Origin: Macrostomum lignano
Taxonomy: Eukaryota
Direction: 5' to 3'
DNA length: 64,000 nt
Assembly (NCBI GenBank): GCA_002269645.1
Contig: NIVC01000753.1
Location: 248,001 to 312,000 of the forward strand
The position numbers were made by a program, and so were the translations under genes. The notes beneath the pieces are model-generated. The model searched no databases and was not told where the DNA came from. It worked only from the letters and a program-made list of their open reading frames with translations. Positions 11,355 through 24,316 of this stretch are shown here, in pieces (position 1 is the first letter of the stretch; each line of letters opens with the position of its first letter).

Positions 11355-12348
11355 TGAACAGCTGGGAGCGCTGGCTGTCTTTGACTGTCTCTTCCCTCCT
11401 TAGTGGACGAATAGCAACGTCTGAATTGCTTTAATGTAGGGCTTTCTTTGTTTCAAATCGACTTTTTGGGAACAACGGGGCCGACAATTTTTATTTGAAT
11501 TTAGTGTACGGAAAAACTATGTACATTGGTTATCTTATCTCTACCCCATCGACCACAGGGATAGAATGTACACTGATGACTAAATATACTCGTAGCTCTC
11601 TGGCCACTCCTGAGCGAAGAATGTACATACGAATTCAAACTGTTTTCACCACAGTCTTCTCTGGGAAGAATGTACTTTGCATCGACAATTAAATTGTTTC
11701 CTTACCCCTCTGCCCTTCAACACCCCAGTAATCATGTACTTTAAATGTACATTGAAACGGTTTCCGCACCCCTCTGGCCCGAACTTATTCAGCCCAGAGC
11801 TAGAATGAAACCCAAAAAACTTATTAAATTAAATCAATGATGCTACTGGCCCCGTTGGTTCACGATCTGGAACATGTGCGTGCGTTCTCTCATTTAGTTT
11901 TGCCATCCAGTCGTTTCTTGTTTATTTATAAAATTAAGTTAATTTTAAAATTGTTTTTAAATCTCCCGCTCTGTGTGCTTCAAACTTTTCTTGCACTTTA
12001 ACGACGTTTAATTTAAGCCGGCGATTGAATACGAGTATGCTTGTATCCATGCGTAAACTATACTAATTTTAGTTATTAAAACAGCGCTTACTGCTGCATT
12101 GGTTAGTTTATTACGCGCCGGACTTATTAAAATTAACTATAGAGCTGTAAATCGTTTTTGCCATTGCCAATTCAGACTGGATTTCCTGTCACTATGTTTA
12201 CTGTATAGATATTGATCTCTACTGTATAGATATTGGTTACAAGTCTATAAATATGGATGTAGGCAGGCACTTTTGCGAAAAGATAGTCGGTGGAATTGGA
12301 ATCTATCCTTGTATGAAGAATTATGCAAATTTGTTTTTTTTTTATTAG

Positions 12349-13050
12349 TAGCTCCATGATCTATGATCAGTAGCTCCATGATCTATGATCAGTAGCTCCA
12401 TGATCTATGATCAGTAGCTCCATGATCTATGATCAGTAGCTCCATGATATATGATCAGTAGCTCCATAATCTTTGATCAGTAGCTCCATGATCTATGATC
12501 AGTAGCTCCATAATCTATGATCAGTAGCTCCATGATATATGATAAGTAGCTCCATAATCTATGATCAGTAGCTCCATGATCTATGATTAGTAGCTCCATA
12601 ATCTATGATCAGTAGCTCCATGATCTATGATAAGTAGCTCCTTAATCTATGATCAGTAGCTCCATGATCTATGATCAGTAGCTCCATAATCTATGATCAG
12701 TAGCTCCATGATATATGATAAGTAGCTCCATAATCTATGATCAGTAGCTCCATGATCTATGATCAGTAGCTCCATAATCTATGATCAGTAGCCTTAATGA
12801 TCTATGATCAGTAGCTCCATAATCTATGATCAGTAGCTCCATGATCTATGATCAGTAGCCTTAGTGATCTATGAGCAGTAACTCATTATCTATAAGCTGC
12901 AGCTTAATGATATATGAGCAGTAGCTTCATTATCTATGGGCAGTAGCTTCATTATCTATGAGCAGTAGCTCTATGATCTATGAGCAGTAGTTCAATGATT
13001 TATGAGCTGCAGCTTAATGATATATGAGCAGTAGTTCCATGATCTATGAG
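12349..13050. repeat. 22-bp tandem array (AGTAGCTCCATGATCTATGATC)n
   Basis: Tandem units read directly; they degenerate toward the right end. Confidence 0.93.
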
Positions 13051-13576
13051 CACGCTAAATAACCGTGACCTGCTATTCTAATCTGATGTTTTTGGCATTT
13101 CCGATTTTGTACTGGGCCATTATTTCACTATCTGCTATCCATACTTATTTAGCCTTCGCAGATGTCCTGCCTTGTTTTCTGAATTTCGCACTTTCAATAA
13201 GTTACTGTTTTTCACATCTTATTTTGGCTGCTGTTGAGTATTTTAGCAACAATATTTGTACCGCATCAGATGCAGACAGATTAATGTAAAAAGATTAAAT
13301 CGATTCTTTCTTGACCTTGGCTGTCTATTTAATTAATTTAGAGTATAGATTTTTTACGGTTACGAGTAAACTGTGTACGACGCAATAAAGTCTATCTTTC
13401 GTTTTGTTATAACTGCTTTGTACCACTTTTTTATTATCATTATTGGCGTTGGCAATTCTGTTGATAAGAAAATAATTTTATGCTTTCAAAGATTCAACTA
13501 GACAAGCTAAGCTGACTGAATTCTTTTACTTGATAGTTCGTAAATCAATAGACTGATGTTCGTAAATCAATAGACT

Positions 13577-14342
13577 GCTACCCAGGTACCCAGACTATAT
13601 AGGCTACCCAGATACCCAGACTAGGCAGACTAGGCTACCCAGATACCCAGACTATATAGGCTACCCTAAATCAATAGACTGATGTTCGTAAATCAATAGA
13701 CTGCTACCCAGGTACCCAGACTATATAGGCTACCCAGATACCCAGACTAGGCTACCCAGATAACCAGACTAGGCTACCCAGATACCCAGACTAGGCTACC
13801 CAGATAACCAGACTAGGCTACCCAGATACCCAGACTAGGCTACCCAGATACCCAGACTAGGCTACCCAGATACCCAGACTAGGCAGACTAGGCTACCCAG
13901 GTACCCAGACTATATAGGCTACCCAGATACCCAGACTAGGCTACCCAGATAACCAGACTAGGCTACCCAGATACCCAGACTAGGCTACCCAGATACCCAG
14001 ACTAGGCTACCCAGATACCCAGACTAGGCTACCCAGATACCCAGACTAGGCTACCCAGATACCCAGACTAGGCTACCCAGATACCCAGACTAGGCTACCC
14101 AGATACCCAGACTAGGCTACCCAGATACCCAGACTAGGCTACCCAGATACCCAGACTAGGCTACCCAGATACCCAGACTAGGCTACCCAGATAACCAGAC
14201 TAGGCTACCCAGATACCCAGACTAGGCTACCCAGATACCCAGACTAGGCTACCCAGATACCCAGACTAGGCTACCCAGATAACCAGACTAGGCTACCCAG
14301 ATACCCAGACTAGGCTACCCAGATACCCAGACTAGGCTACCA
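13577..14342. repeat. 22-bp tandem array (GGCTACCCAGATACCCAGACTA)n
   Basis: Tandem units read directly. Confidence 0.93.
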
Positions 14343-16179
14343 AGATGCGACTACTTTGAGAAACGTTTAAATATTTAGAGGCAGTGACTTTTATTTATTT
14401 ATTTAAACGTCATACTTTTTTACCTGTAACATAAGTGACCTGCTCTCATTCATGTAGATTTGCTTTTTTGCTGATTAACTAAGTTTTCACCCAAAATATC
14501 GGAACTTTTTCTATCTCAAAAATTGACAAGACAAAATAAACAGCTAAATAAATGCTTAACTACGTACAGTATAACACTTGTGTTTCACCTGGCCGCTTGA
14601 TTTTCCGCAAAGATAAAAATATTGTTCACCTATTTCGCAATTATAAATCAATTAATTATCTGCGACCTATCTGCGTTTCATAAATTAATATATGTGATAG
14701 TAAAGGTATATGTTCGATTTTAACATATTATATTAATTTGGCTTTTTGTTCTTGTATGTACTCCTTTATTGCCTAGTTTCTAAATATTTTTATCCTTTTT
14801 GCTGGTCAAGATAGATCTTTGTTCCTGTGTTGAAAAACTTCGAAGAGTCGATGATTATTGATTTTGAGCTATTGAACTAATTGGCTTCATAAATTCGTTG
14901 AATGTCTAAGATCTATGTTTACAAACGTAATATGGTTTGTTAAGCTTCCAACCCCAGTCTATGGCCCAACCTGTTTATTAACCCTATAGTCTATGGCCCA
15001 ACCTGTTTATTACCCATATAGTCTATGGCCCAACCTGTTTCTGACTCATACTATACAGTCTGGTCAAAAAGTTTATGATCTATCAAACTCCAGTCTATGC
15101 CACATTATAGCTTTGGTATCAAACATTAATACGGTTTAATCGGTTCAATTACATTGACTTAATTGATGCGCCCAGTCTATAGCTTAAAGTCTGTAAATCT
15201 ATGTTATTAACCCTAATTTATGGATTTGGCTAATTGGCTGTAGGAATAATATTTACTGAAATTTTTGCAATTAAATTCATTTTAGACAAACCTGTCTGCG
15301 GTTTGAATCCATTTATTACAACTTACGGTTGATTCTTTATTATGATGATCCTAATTGTTTGCCATTACTATATAATTTTTCGACTCATTTGTAATAACCA
15401 ACATTTACTTCATTGAGACTCAAACTGTATAATTTTACTCTATCGAAACAACTGAAATCAGATCGGTAAGTGATTACTTATTAGTATTAGTTGATAGACT
15501 TGCTGGTTATAGCCTGACTAATGCTGTACATATGTGCATTGCTAGCAGACATAAATCTGATCGATACTTTTGGCATAAATATTTCTGATTTCAATTTTAA
15601 TTTTTCGACTAAACTTATCAATAAATAAACGTTGAATGCGTTTTTCCTTTTAATTGCTTGAAAAAAGAACTATATAATCTAAAAAATAAGCGAAAGTTTT
15701 TTTGTTTTTCTTTTTTGAAAATCTACTCAATTCTCTTGCTCTAGAGATGCATATATAGCGCTGAATGAAGTTGATTGCAAAGGACTAATTCGGTTGAGAA
15801 AAATCGCATTTCTATCTCTCCAGAGCATACTATTGCATGTGCATGTAAATGCATGGGCGATGCGACAAATACGTTTCTTACCAGACAACAGGCAAAAGCT
15901 AAATTTCTAGGATGCTGCTCCCTACACACTGTACGTACTTTAGTTTTCTACTAGCAATCTACGCCCCCCGTTGGGGAGCCAAAGAAATGCAATACACGTT
16001 TTTTTAATAAGCTACATGTATCCTCGAAATCTTAAAAAAATCTCCTGTCAAACCTTGTAAGCCTTGACATGTCAGTAATTCCCCCCCCCCCACAAGCTTT
16101 AACTTATCAACTTCCCCCCTTGACATCACAGCAATGCCCCCAATAAGCCTTGGAAATCTAAAAACTGTCAACCTTCTAA

Positions 16180-16237
16180 CCCTAAACCTAGCCTAACCCT
16201 AACCCTAGCCCTAACCCTAACCCTAACCCTAACCTAA
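16180..16237. repeat. Interstitial telomere-like (CCCTAA)n inside Helitron unit D
   Basis: Degenerate and perfect CCCTAA units; a more decayed copy lies at ~16605-16650. Confidence 0.85.
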
Positions 16238-17149
16238 CATTGAAATTTCAGTAATTCTCTCTAAGAGTCATTATAGCACTACTACAGCATTATAGCGATT
16301 CCCTGCAAGCCTCGACATCGTAGGGATTCCCAAATGAATCTCTTAACTTTGACATGAAGCTTCTTTTATTTTTACATTACGCTTTTTCTATCAGCGAGCC
16401 CTGAGGAGTCGACAAATAATGGAATAAAAAGTTTTCAATAAACTACATGTAGCTTCTGACTTAAGCCTTGAAATCTTATTTATACCCCCGTGAGCCTTGA
16501 CATCTCAGCTATTCCCGCCGTAAGCCTTGACATGTCAGCGATGCCCCCCATAAATCTTGAAATCTAAAAAATCCCTTGTTAACCTTGAAACCCGATAAAA
16601 TATAACCCTCAACCCACACTTGACCTAAACCTAACTTTAACCCAACCTAAAGCCTTGAAATCTCAGCAATTCTTCTCCCCTAAGCCTTGGAATTTTAGTG
16701 ATTCCTTCTTTAAGAATCACAGCACTATAACGATTTCCACCAAGCTTTGACATCGTAGCAATTCCCAAATGAATCTTTTAACTTCGACATGACTTTTATT
16801 TTATGTATACATAGTGCTACTTTTATTTTTTACATGACTCTTCTTCTATCAGCGCCCCCCGTGGCGAGCCAACAAAGAATGTAATAATTTAAAAATTGAG
16901 TAAAGTACATGAACTTTGAAGTAGCTTCTGACTTTTGCTTTGACATCTCAGAACCCCCCCCCCCCGTAATCTCAGTTATTCTCTGAGAGCCTTTACGTCT
17001 CAGTTTTTCTCCCCAGCACAGCATTATAGCTGCATTTAATTTTTACATGACACCCTTCATGTCTGACATGACGCTTCTTTTATTCTACCATGATGCTTCT
17101 TAATCTTTTAAATGACACTTTCATTAGTTTTTAAATGAGGCTTCTATTA

Positions 17150-19146
17150 TTTTTTCTTGACGCTTCTATGATTTTTATATGACGCTTCTATGATTGTTTA
17201 CATGACGCTTCTATGATTGTTTACATGACGCTTCTATGATTTTTTACATGACGCTTCTATGATTTTTTTACATGACGCTTCTATGATTTTTTTACATGAC
17301 GCTTCTATGATTTTTTACATGACGCTTCTATGATTGTTTACATGACGCTTCTATGATTTTTTACATGACGCTTCTATGATTTTTATATGAAGCTTCTATG
17401 ATTTTTATTGCCGCTTCTATGATTTTTTAAATGACGCTTTTATGATTTTTTACATGACGCTTCTCCGATTTTTTACATGACGCTTCTATGATGTTTTACA
17501 TGACGCTTCTATGATTTTTTACATGACGCTTCTATGATTGTTTACATGACGCTTCTATGATTGTTTACATGACGCTTCTATGATTTTTTACATGACGCTT
17601 CTATAATTTTTTACATGATGCTTCTATGATTTTTTTACATGACGCTTCTATGATTGTTTACATGACGCTTCTATGATTGTTTGCATGACACTTCTATGAT
17701 TGTTTACATGACGCTTCTATGATTGTTACATGACGCTTCTATGATTGTTTACATGACGCTTCTCTGATTTTTTACATGACGCTTCCATGATTGTTTACAT
17801 GACGCTTCTATGATTGTTTACATGACGCTTCTATGATTGTTTACATGACGCTCCTATGATTTTTTACATGACGCTTCTATGATTGTTTACATGACGCTTC
17901 TATGATTTTTTACATGACGCTTCTATAATTTTTTACATGACGCTTCTATGATTGTTTACATGACGCTTCTATGATTTTTTACATGACGCTTCTATGATTG
18001 TTTACATGACGCTTCTACGATTTTTACATGACGCTTCTATGACTTTTTTAAATGACGCTTCTATGATTTTTATATGACGCTTCTACGATTTTTTACATGA
18101 CGCTTCTATGATTGTTTACATGACGGTTCTATGATTGTTTACATGACGCTTCTATGATTGTTACATGACGCTTCTATGATTGTTTACATTACGCTTCTCT
18201 GATTTTTTACATGACGCTTCTATGATTGTTTACATTACGCTTCTATGATTTTTTACATGACGCTTCTATGATTTTTTGCATGACGCTTCTACGATTTTTA
18301 CATGACGCTTCTATGACTTTTTTAAATGACGCTTCTATGATTTTTATATGACGCTTCTACGATTTTTATATGACGCTTCCCGTCGCTTCTATGATTTTTT
18401 ACATGACGCTTCTATGATATTTATATGACGCTTCTATGATTTTTATATGACGCTTCTATGATTTTTTAAATGACGCTTTTGTGATTGTTTACATGACGCT
18501 TCTCTGATTTTTTAAATGACGCTTCTATGATTGTTTACATGACACTTCTATGATTGTTTACATGACGCTTCTATGATTGTTACATGACGCTTCTATGATT
18601 GTTTACATGCATGACGCTTCTCTGATTTTTTACATGACGCTTCTATGATTGTTTACATGACGCTTTTATGATTGTTTACATGACGCTTCTATGATTGTTT
18701 ACATGACGCTCGTATGATTTTTTACATGACGCTTCTATGATTTTTTACATGACGCTTCTCTGATTTTTTACATGACGCTTCCATGATTGTTTACATGACG
18801 CTTCTATGATTGTTTACATGACGCTTCTATGATTGTTTACATGACGCTTCTATGATTGTTTACATGACGCTTCTATGATTTTTTACATGACGCTTCTATG
18901 ATTGTTTACATGACGCTTCTACGATTTTTACATGACGCTTCTATGACTTTTTTAAATGACGCTTCTATGATTTTTATAGGACGCTTCTACGATTTTTATA
19001 TGACGCTTCTATGATTGTTGAAATGACGCATCTATGATTTTTATATGACGCTTCTATGATTTTTTAAATGACGCTTCTATGATTGTTTACATGACGCTTC
19101 TATGATTTTTTACATGACGCTTCTATGATTTTTACATGACGCTTCT
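17150..19146. repeat. 23-bp satellite (CATGACGCTTCTATGATTGTTTA)n inside unit D, ~85 copies
   Basis: Period 23 read directly. Confidence 0.95.
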
Positions 19147-19727
19147 TTTTAAAAAGTCTTTTAGTTTTCCTGACATTGAAAAGCTTTAATTAAAAAAATT
19201 ATACTCTATGATAATTCGAACCATCGTCGCAGCATTTAGCAGTTCAGTTTGTTCACCTCTAGGCTAGCTCTCATCGTTTTGATAATATGAATTATAGCAC
19301 TTATATATAATTCAACAGTTTCAAAACTCCAAGCATAGAGTAAATCACACGAAGCAGTTATGACATAATCAGTTTCTCAGTCAGTCAGTATCAGTTAACA
19401 ATATGGTTACGCAATTTAAATCAAGTCTGGTGCTACGCTTCCACACTGCATTTTCAATTCAAGTCAGAGTTACAATTCAGTTATGATGCAATCTATTTCA
19501 GAATCAGAATTCAACCAGTCAGTTTTTTCTCTAGCATTCTTACAATGCATTTCAAGTCGAAAAGTTTGCTTGACCTTTGCAAAAAAAGCATGTTTTTCGA
19601 ATATTTAATGCCTTTAGCATCGAGCAATTTCTTAGCCACGATGCATGTACAGTCACGCAAAAATTTCTGATCGAACAGTGCGAGTTCGAACAAAATCGAT
19701 CCAGCCATTTTTTCTCTAATCTATCAC

Positions 19728-19732
<5 letters not shown>

Positions 19733-19808
<76 letters not shown>
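19733..19808. repeat. (TA)n microsatellite near the 5' end of unit D
   Basis: Read directly. Confidence 0.97.
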
Positions 19809-19984
19809 GACATCACATTTTTAGTATATAGGACTAGCAATCTTCGCCCCCCGATGGGGGACATCTGGATAGAATCTCTGTTCTCTACAAGTAACAAAAA
19901 GACAGCCAAAAAATCCTTCACAAAGACAACAGACAAACTGCTCAAATGAAGTGAATTGCAATAAGAAATCTTCCCAAGACCACA

Positions 19985-20390
19985 AGCATCCCCCAGATAG
20001 CAAGCATTCCCCAGATAGCAAGCATCCCTCAAATAGCAAGCATCCCCCAGATAGCAAGCATCCCCCAGATAGCAAGCATCCCCCAGATAGCAAGCATCCC
20101 CCAGATAGCAAACATCCCCCAGATAGCAAGCATTCCCCAGATAGCAAGCATTCCCCAGATAGCAAGCATTCCCCAGATAGCAAGCATCCCTCAGATAGCA
20201 AGCATACCCCAAATAGCAAGCATCACTCAGATAGCAAGCATCCCTCAGATAGCAAGCATCCACCAGATAGCAAGCATCCCTCAGATAGCAAGCATCCCCC
20301 AAATTGCAAGCATCGCCCAGATAGCAAGCATCCCCCAGAAAGCAAGCATCCTCCAAATAGCAAGCATCCCCAGATAGATAGCATCCCCAA
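19985..20390. repeat. 18-bp array (CCCCCAGATAGCAAGCAT)n; also at 35170-35425 and 38848-39085
   Basis: Source of the DSKHPP/GDACYL repeat ORFs; same position in units C, B and A. Confidence 0.93.
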
Positions 20391-20509
20391 ATAGCAACCA
20401 TCCACCAGACAATAAGTAGCTAGAGCGACAATTTCCTTAGCTTTATAGTGGCTCCTTTAAATTGGCATGGCGCTTTATACCTTTACATTTGAAATTGTAT
20501 ATCTTGAAT

Positions 20510-21735
20510 GTTTGACATGGTGGCTCTTTTATGTTTGACATAGTGGCTCTTCTATGTTTGACATGGTGGCTCTTCTATGTTTGACATGGTGGCTCTTTTA
20601 TGTTTGACATGGTGGCTCTTTTATGTTTGACATGGTGGCTCTTTTATGTTTGACATGGTGGCTCTTTTATGTTTGACATGGTGGCTCTTTTATGTTTGAC
20701 ATGGTGGCTCTTCTATGTTTGACATGGTGGCTTTTTTAGGTTTGACATGGTGGCTCTTTTATGTTTGACATGTTGGCTTTTTAATGTTCGACATGTTGGC
20801 TTTTTAATGTTCGACATGGTGGCTCTTTAATGTTCGACATGGTGGCTTTTTAATGTTCGACATGGTGGCTCTTTTAGGTTTGAAATGGTGGCTCCTTAAT
20901 TTTCGAAATGGTGGCTCTTTTATGTTCGACATGGTGGCTCTTTAATGTTCGACATGGTGGCTCTTTAATGTTCTTAATGGTGTCTGTTTTATGTTTGACA
21001 TGGTGGCTCTTTTTATGTTTGACATGGTGGCTCTTTTATGTTTGACATGGTGGCTCTTTTATGTTTGACATGGTGGCTCTTTTATGTTTGACATGGTGGC
21101 TCTTCTATGTTTGACATGGTGGCTTTTTTAGGTTTGACATGGTGGCTCTTTTATGTTTGACATGTTGGCTTTTTAATGTTCGACATGTTGGCTTTTTAAT
21201 GTTCGACATGGTGGCTCTTTAATGTTCGACATGGTGGCTTTTTAATGTTCGACATGGTGGCTCTTTTAGGTTTGAAATGGTGGCTCCTTAATTTTCGAAA
21301 TGGTGGCTCTTTTATGTTCGACATGGTGGCTCTTTAATGTTCAACATGGTGGCTCTTTAATGTTCTTAATGGTGTCTGTTTTATGTTTGACATGGTGGCT
21401 CTTTATTGTTCGACATGGTGGCTCTTTAATTTTTAACATGGTAACTCTTTTATGTTTGATATGGTGGCTCTTTTATGTTCGACATGGTGGCTCTTTAATG
21501 TTCGACATGGTGGCTCTTTAATGTTTGACATGGTGGCTCTTTAATTTTTGAAATGGTGGCTGTTTTATGTTTGACATGGTGGCTCTTTAATGTTCGACAT
21601 GGTGGCTCTTTAATGTTTGACATGGTGGCTCTTTAATTTTTGACATGGTGTCTGTTTTATGTTTGACATGGTGGCTCTTTAATGTTCGACATGGTGGCTC
21701 TTTAATTTTTAACATGGTGACTCTTTTATGTTCGA
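20510..21735. repeat. 23-bp satellite (TTTGACATGGTGGCTCTTTTATG)n, left part of the unit C array
   Basis: Period 23; the 23-aa periodicity of its ORFs equals three units. Confidence 0.95.
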
Positions 21736-22195
21736 CAAGCTGTTGAAACCCGCGGATTTTGAACCCGGGGAATTCCAATACCCGGAACTACTTTTGCATG
21801 TATTCTGAAGTCTAAGGCCATACACAAACAAAAACTTGTTAATAGTTAGTAGGATAGAGGTAGACATTAAATGGAGCACATTCGTGTAAAATTAGGGTTT
21901 GAGACATTGTTGGCTGGGGTACTGCGCAGAATGTCAGGCAATGTCTGTCTGACTCTAAAACATATATTGCTAAACTCTGGTCTCTTCTCTCACCTCTTTC
22001 CTCTCTCTTTCCTCTCATTTCTTTTCTTGTTTTATCTCTTCTCTCTCCCCTCGTCGCTCGTCTCTTCCCTCACCTCTCTTCTCTCTTGTCTGCGTTTTTA
22101 TCTCTCCTTTCTCTTCTTTTATCTTTTCTCTCTTATCTCTTCTCGTTTCTCTCTGCTCTGCGCTCTCTCTCTCTCTCTGTCTCTCTTTCTCTCTC

Positions 22196-22279
<84 letters not shown>

Positions 22280-24316
22280 TCTCTCTCATCTCTCCTCTCC
22301 CATCTCTCTTCTCCTCTCTACTCTCTCCCTTCTTCATTCTCCTATTTCCTCTTCTGTCTCCCTGTCTCTCCTCTCTCCTCTAGTTTCTGTAATCTCTTCT
22401 CTCTTATCTCTCCTCTGTTCTCTCTACTCTCCCATCTCTCGTCTGTTCACCCTCATCTCTGCTCTCTCATCTGTCATCTTTACTCTCTAATACGTTCTCT
22501 CACTTATCTCCTCTGTACTCTTCTCTTTCACCTCTTCTGACTCCTCTCTTTCCTTACTCCTCTCTTCTTTTCTCTTCCCTCTTCTATACTCTCTCTCTCC
22601 TCTATTATCTTCTCTCGTCTCTCTGCACTCTCCTCTCACCTTTTTCATCTCTCATCTTTACTCTCTCATCTCTCCTTTCATTTGTCTCATCTCTACAATC
22701 TCATCTCTCCTTTCTCCCCTCTTCTTACACCCCTCTCTTATCTCTATCTCTTCTCTTCTCACTCCTCTCTCCCCCTCTTATCTCCTCTCTTCTCTATCCT
22801 TTCTACTCTCTCCTCTCCTCTTGACCCTCTGTCATCTTCTTTCCGCTCTCTCATCTCTACTCTCTTCTCACTCTTCTTTACTCTCCTCTCATTGATCCTC
22901 TGTCTCATCTCTCCCCTCTTCTCACCTTTACTCTTTCCTCTCCCTCCTTTCTCCCCTCCTCTCGCTTCTTCCTCACTTCTTCTCTGCTCTCTCCTCACCA
23001 CTTGTCTCTCCTCTTATCTTCCATGTTTTCTCTAATCCCCCTCTCGCCTCTCCTCTCTTCTAATAGTCTATTCCTTCTCCTTTCCACTCTCATCTGGCCC
23101 GCACATGAGCTGGATTCTTTATCTGGCTTTTGAAGTAAAAGTCTGCCGATCCCTGCTTCGAAAGCCAGTTTGTGGGACGTACTACTCTCATCGTTGTTCT
23201 CATGCTTTGATCACGTCATCTTTCTTGCCAATTTGCAGCCCTGAAAGGAATTTGTGTAATCTTCAGCTCCACTGCAGTCTGGACTCTGGATCAGTCAACA
23301 ACCAAGGAAATACGCATTTCTTAGGAGGCCATTTAAAATTTACACACTACCTTTAAAAGAAACCTAAAATTTCCATGGTGTGGCTAATTTAGTAGGGTTG
23401 TATTGCACTGCATTGCCTTTTCATAAATCTTTCGCTTTTACAAACCATGCTGGATTCCCTCGATTTGCCAATTGCCATCCACTGTTAAACTGCTGCAGAG
23501 TTTGCCAATACAGAGGGGAGGGCAGTGGTTAGAATTTCTCACTAAACTGTTATGGCTAAACGTAGCCTCTCCACTCTCGGGGTGCAGAGAAGGCTATAAA
23601 TAAAGTTATTCCAAAACACTGTACATTTGCTATGTACATTCAGTCCTATCGCCTGACCCTTCGTCTGGCTCTGGGGGGAATGAGTGGAGTGAGTGAGTGG
23701 CACAAACAACAGAAAAAGCAGACAAAATTCACATGCTTACAGTTTCTGTCCTGATTGAGATACAGAGTTGAGACTTTACATGTAGGCAGAGAATGAGTCA
23801 ATAAAGAATTGTGTCAAATTTGAAGTCAATCGCTTCACGTGGAGAAAAACTATGGCAGCTGAAAGTTAGTCAATTTTGAAACCCTTTTACACATCTGGGC
23901 CCAGATCGGTATCGGGAAAGAGAGGCAGGCGGGCGGAGGTTGGGGTGGTTGCTACGCTGAAAAAAACAGCCTAACTTTAAAAGTGCACAGCACCGCTCAG
24001 GATTAACTTTGAGACTCAAAATTTTACATGATTGTGCCAAAATAGTTTAAGATTATCTGTGTCAAATTTGAAGAGAATCGGTAGAAGTGGAGCGGCGCTA
24101 TGGAGGATTAAGTGAAAAAATCGCGCATTTTGAGCAGTTTTCTGTACTTTTAGGTAGGAAGACTTGAGTCTAGGAAATTTAAAGGTAGCCTAAGACATTC
24201 TCCGTAGTAAGTTTAGGGTGGGTGTAAAGTTTGGTGTAATTTGGTTGAGCGGTTTGGGAGTCCATAGCGATCAAAATTGTCCACACACAGACAGAGTTTT
24301 GACTTTTATAGGTAGA
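21736..24316 (-). mobile_element. Non-autonomous Helitron-like unit E1 (family-2 related)
   Basis: Minus strand 5' TCTACCTATAAAAGTCAAAACTCTGTCTGTGTGTGG; 3' end …CAGCTTG|T with an imperfect GC hairpin; CT-rich body; shares GCGGGCGGAGGTTGGGGTGG with E2-E4. Confidence 0.65.
22163..22290. repeat. (CT)n microsatellite within a ~1.1-kb cryptic polypyrimidine tract (21980-23095)
   Basis: Read directly; pure CT from 22201 to 22272. Confidence 0.95.

Larger units (their letters stand above)
15951..19833 (-). mobile_element. Non-autonomous Helitron, family 1, divergent unit D (3.9 kb)
   Basis: Minus strand: 5' TCCTATATACTAAAAATG… and 3' hairpin CCCC-AAC-GGGG followed by …GATTGCTAG|T. Its 5' block is homologous to units A-C. 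No ORF. Confidence 0.78.

Noticed and set aside
19724-20405. Long ORFs such as (GDACYL)n and (DSKHPP)n, also at 35006-35438 and 38695-39095
   Set aside because: They are translations of an 18-bp repeat, open in several frames on both strands, with no splice context.
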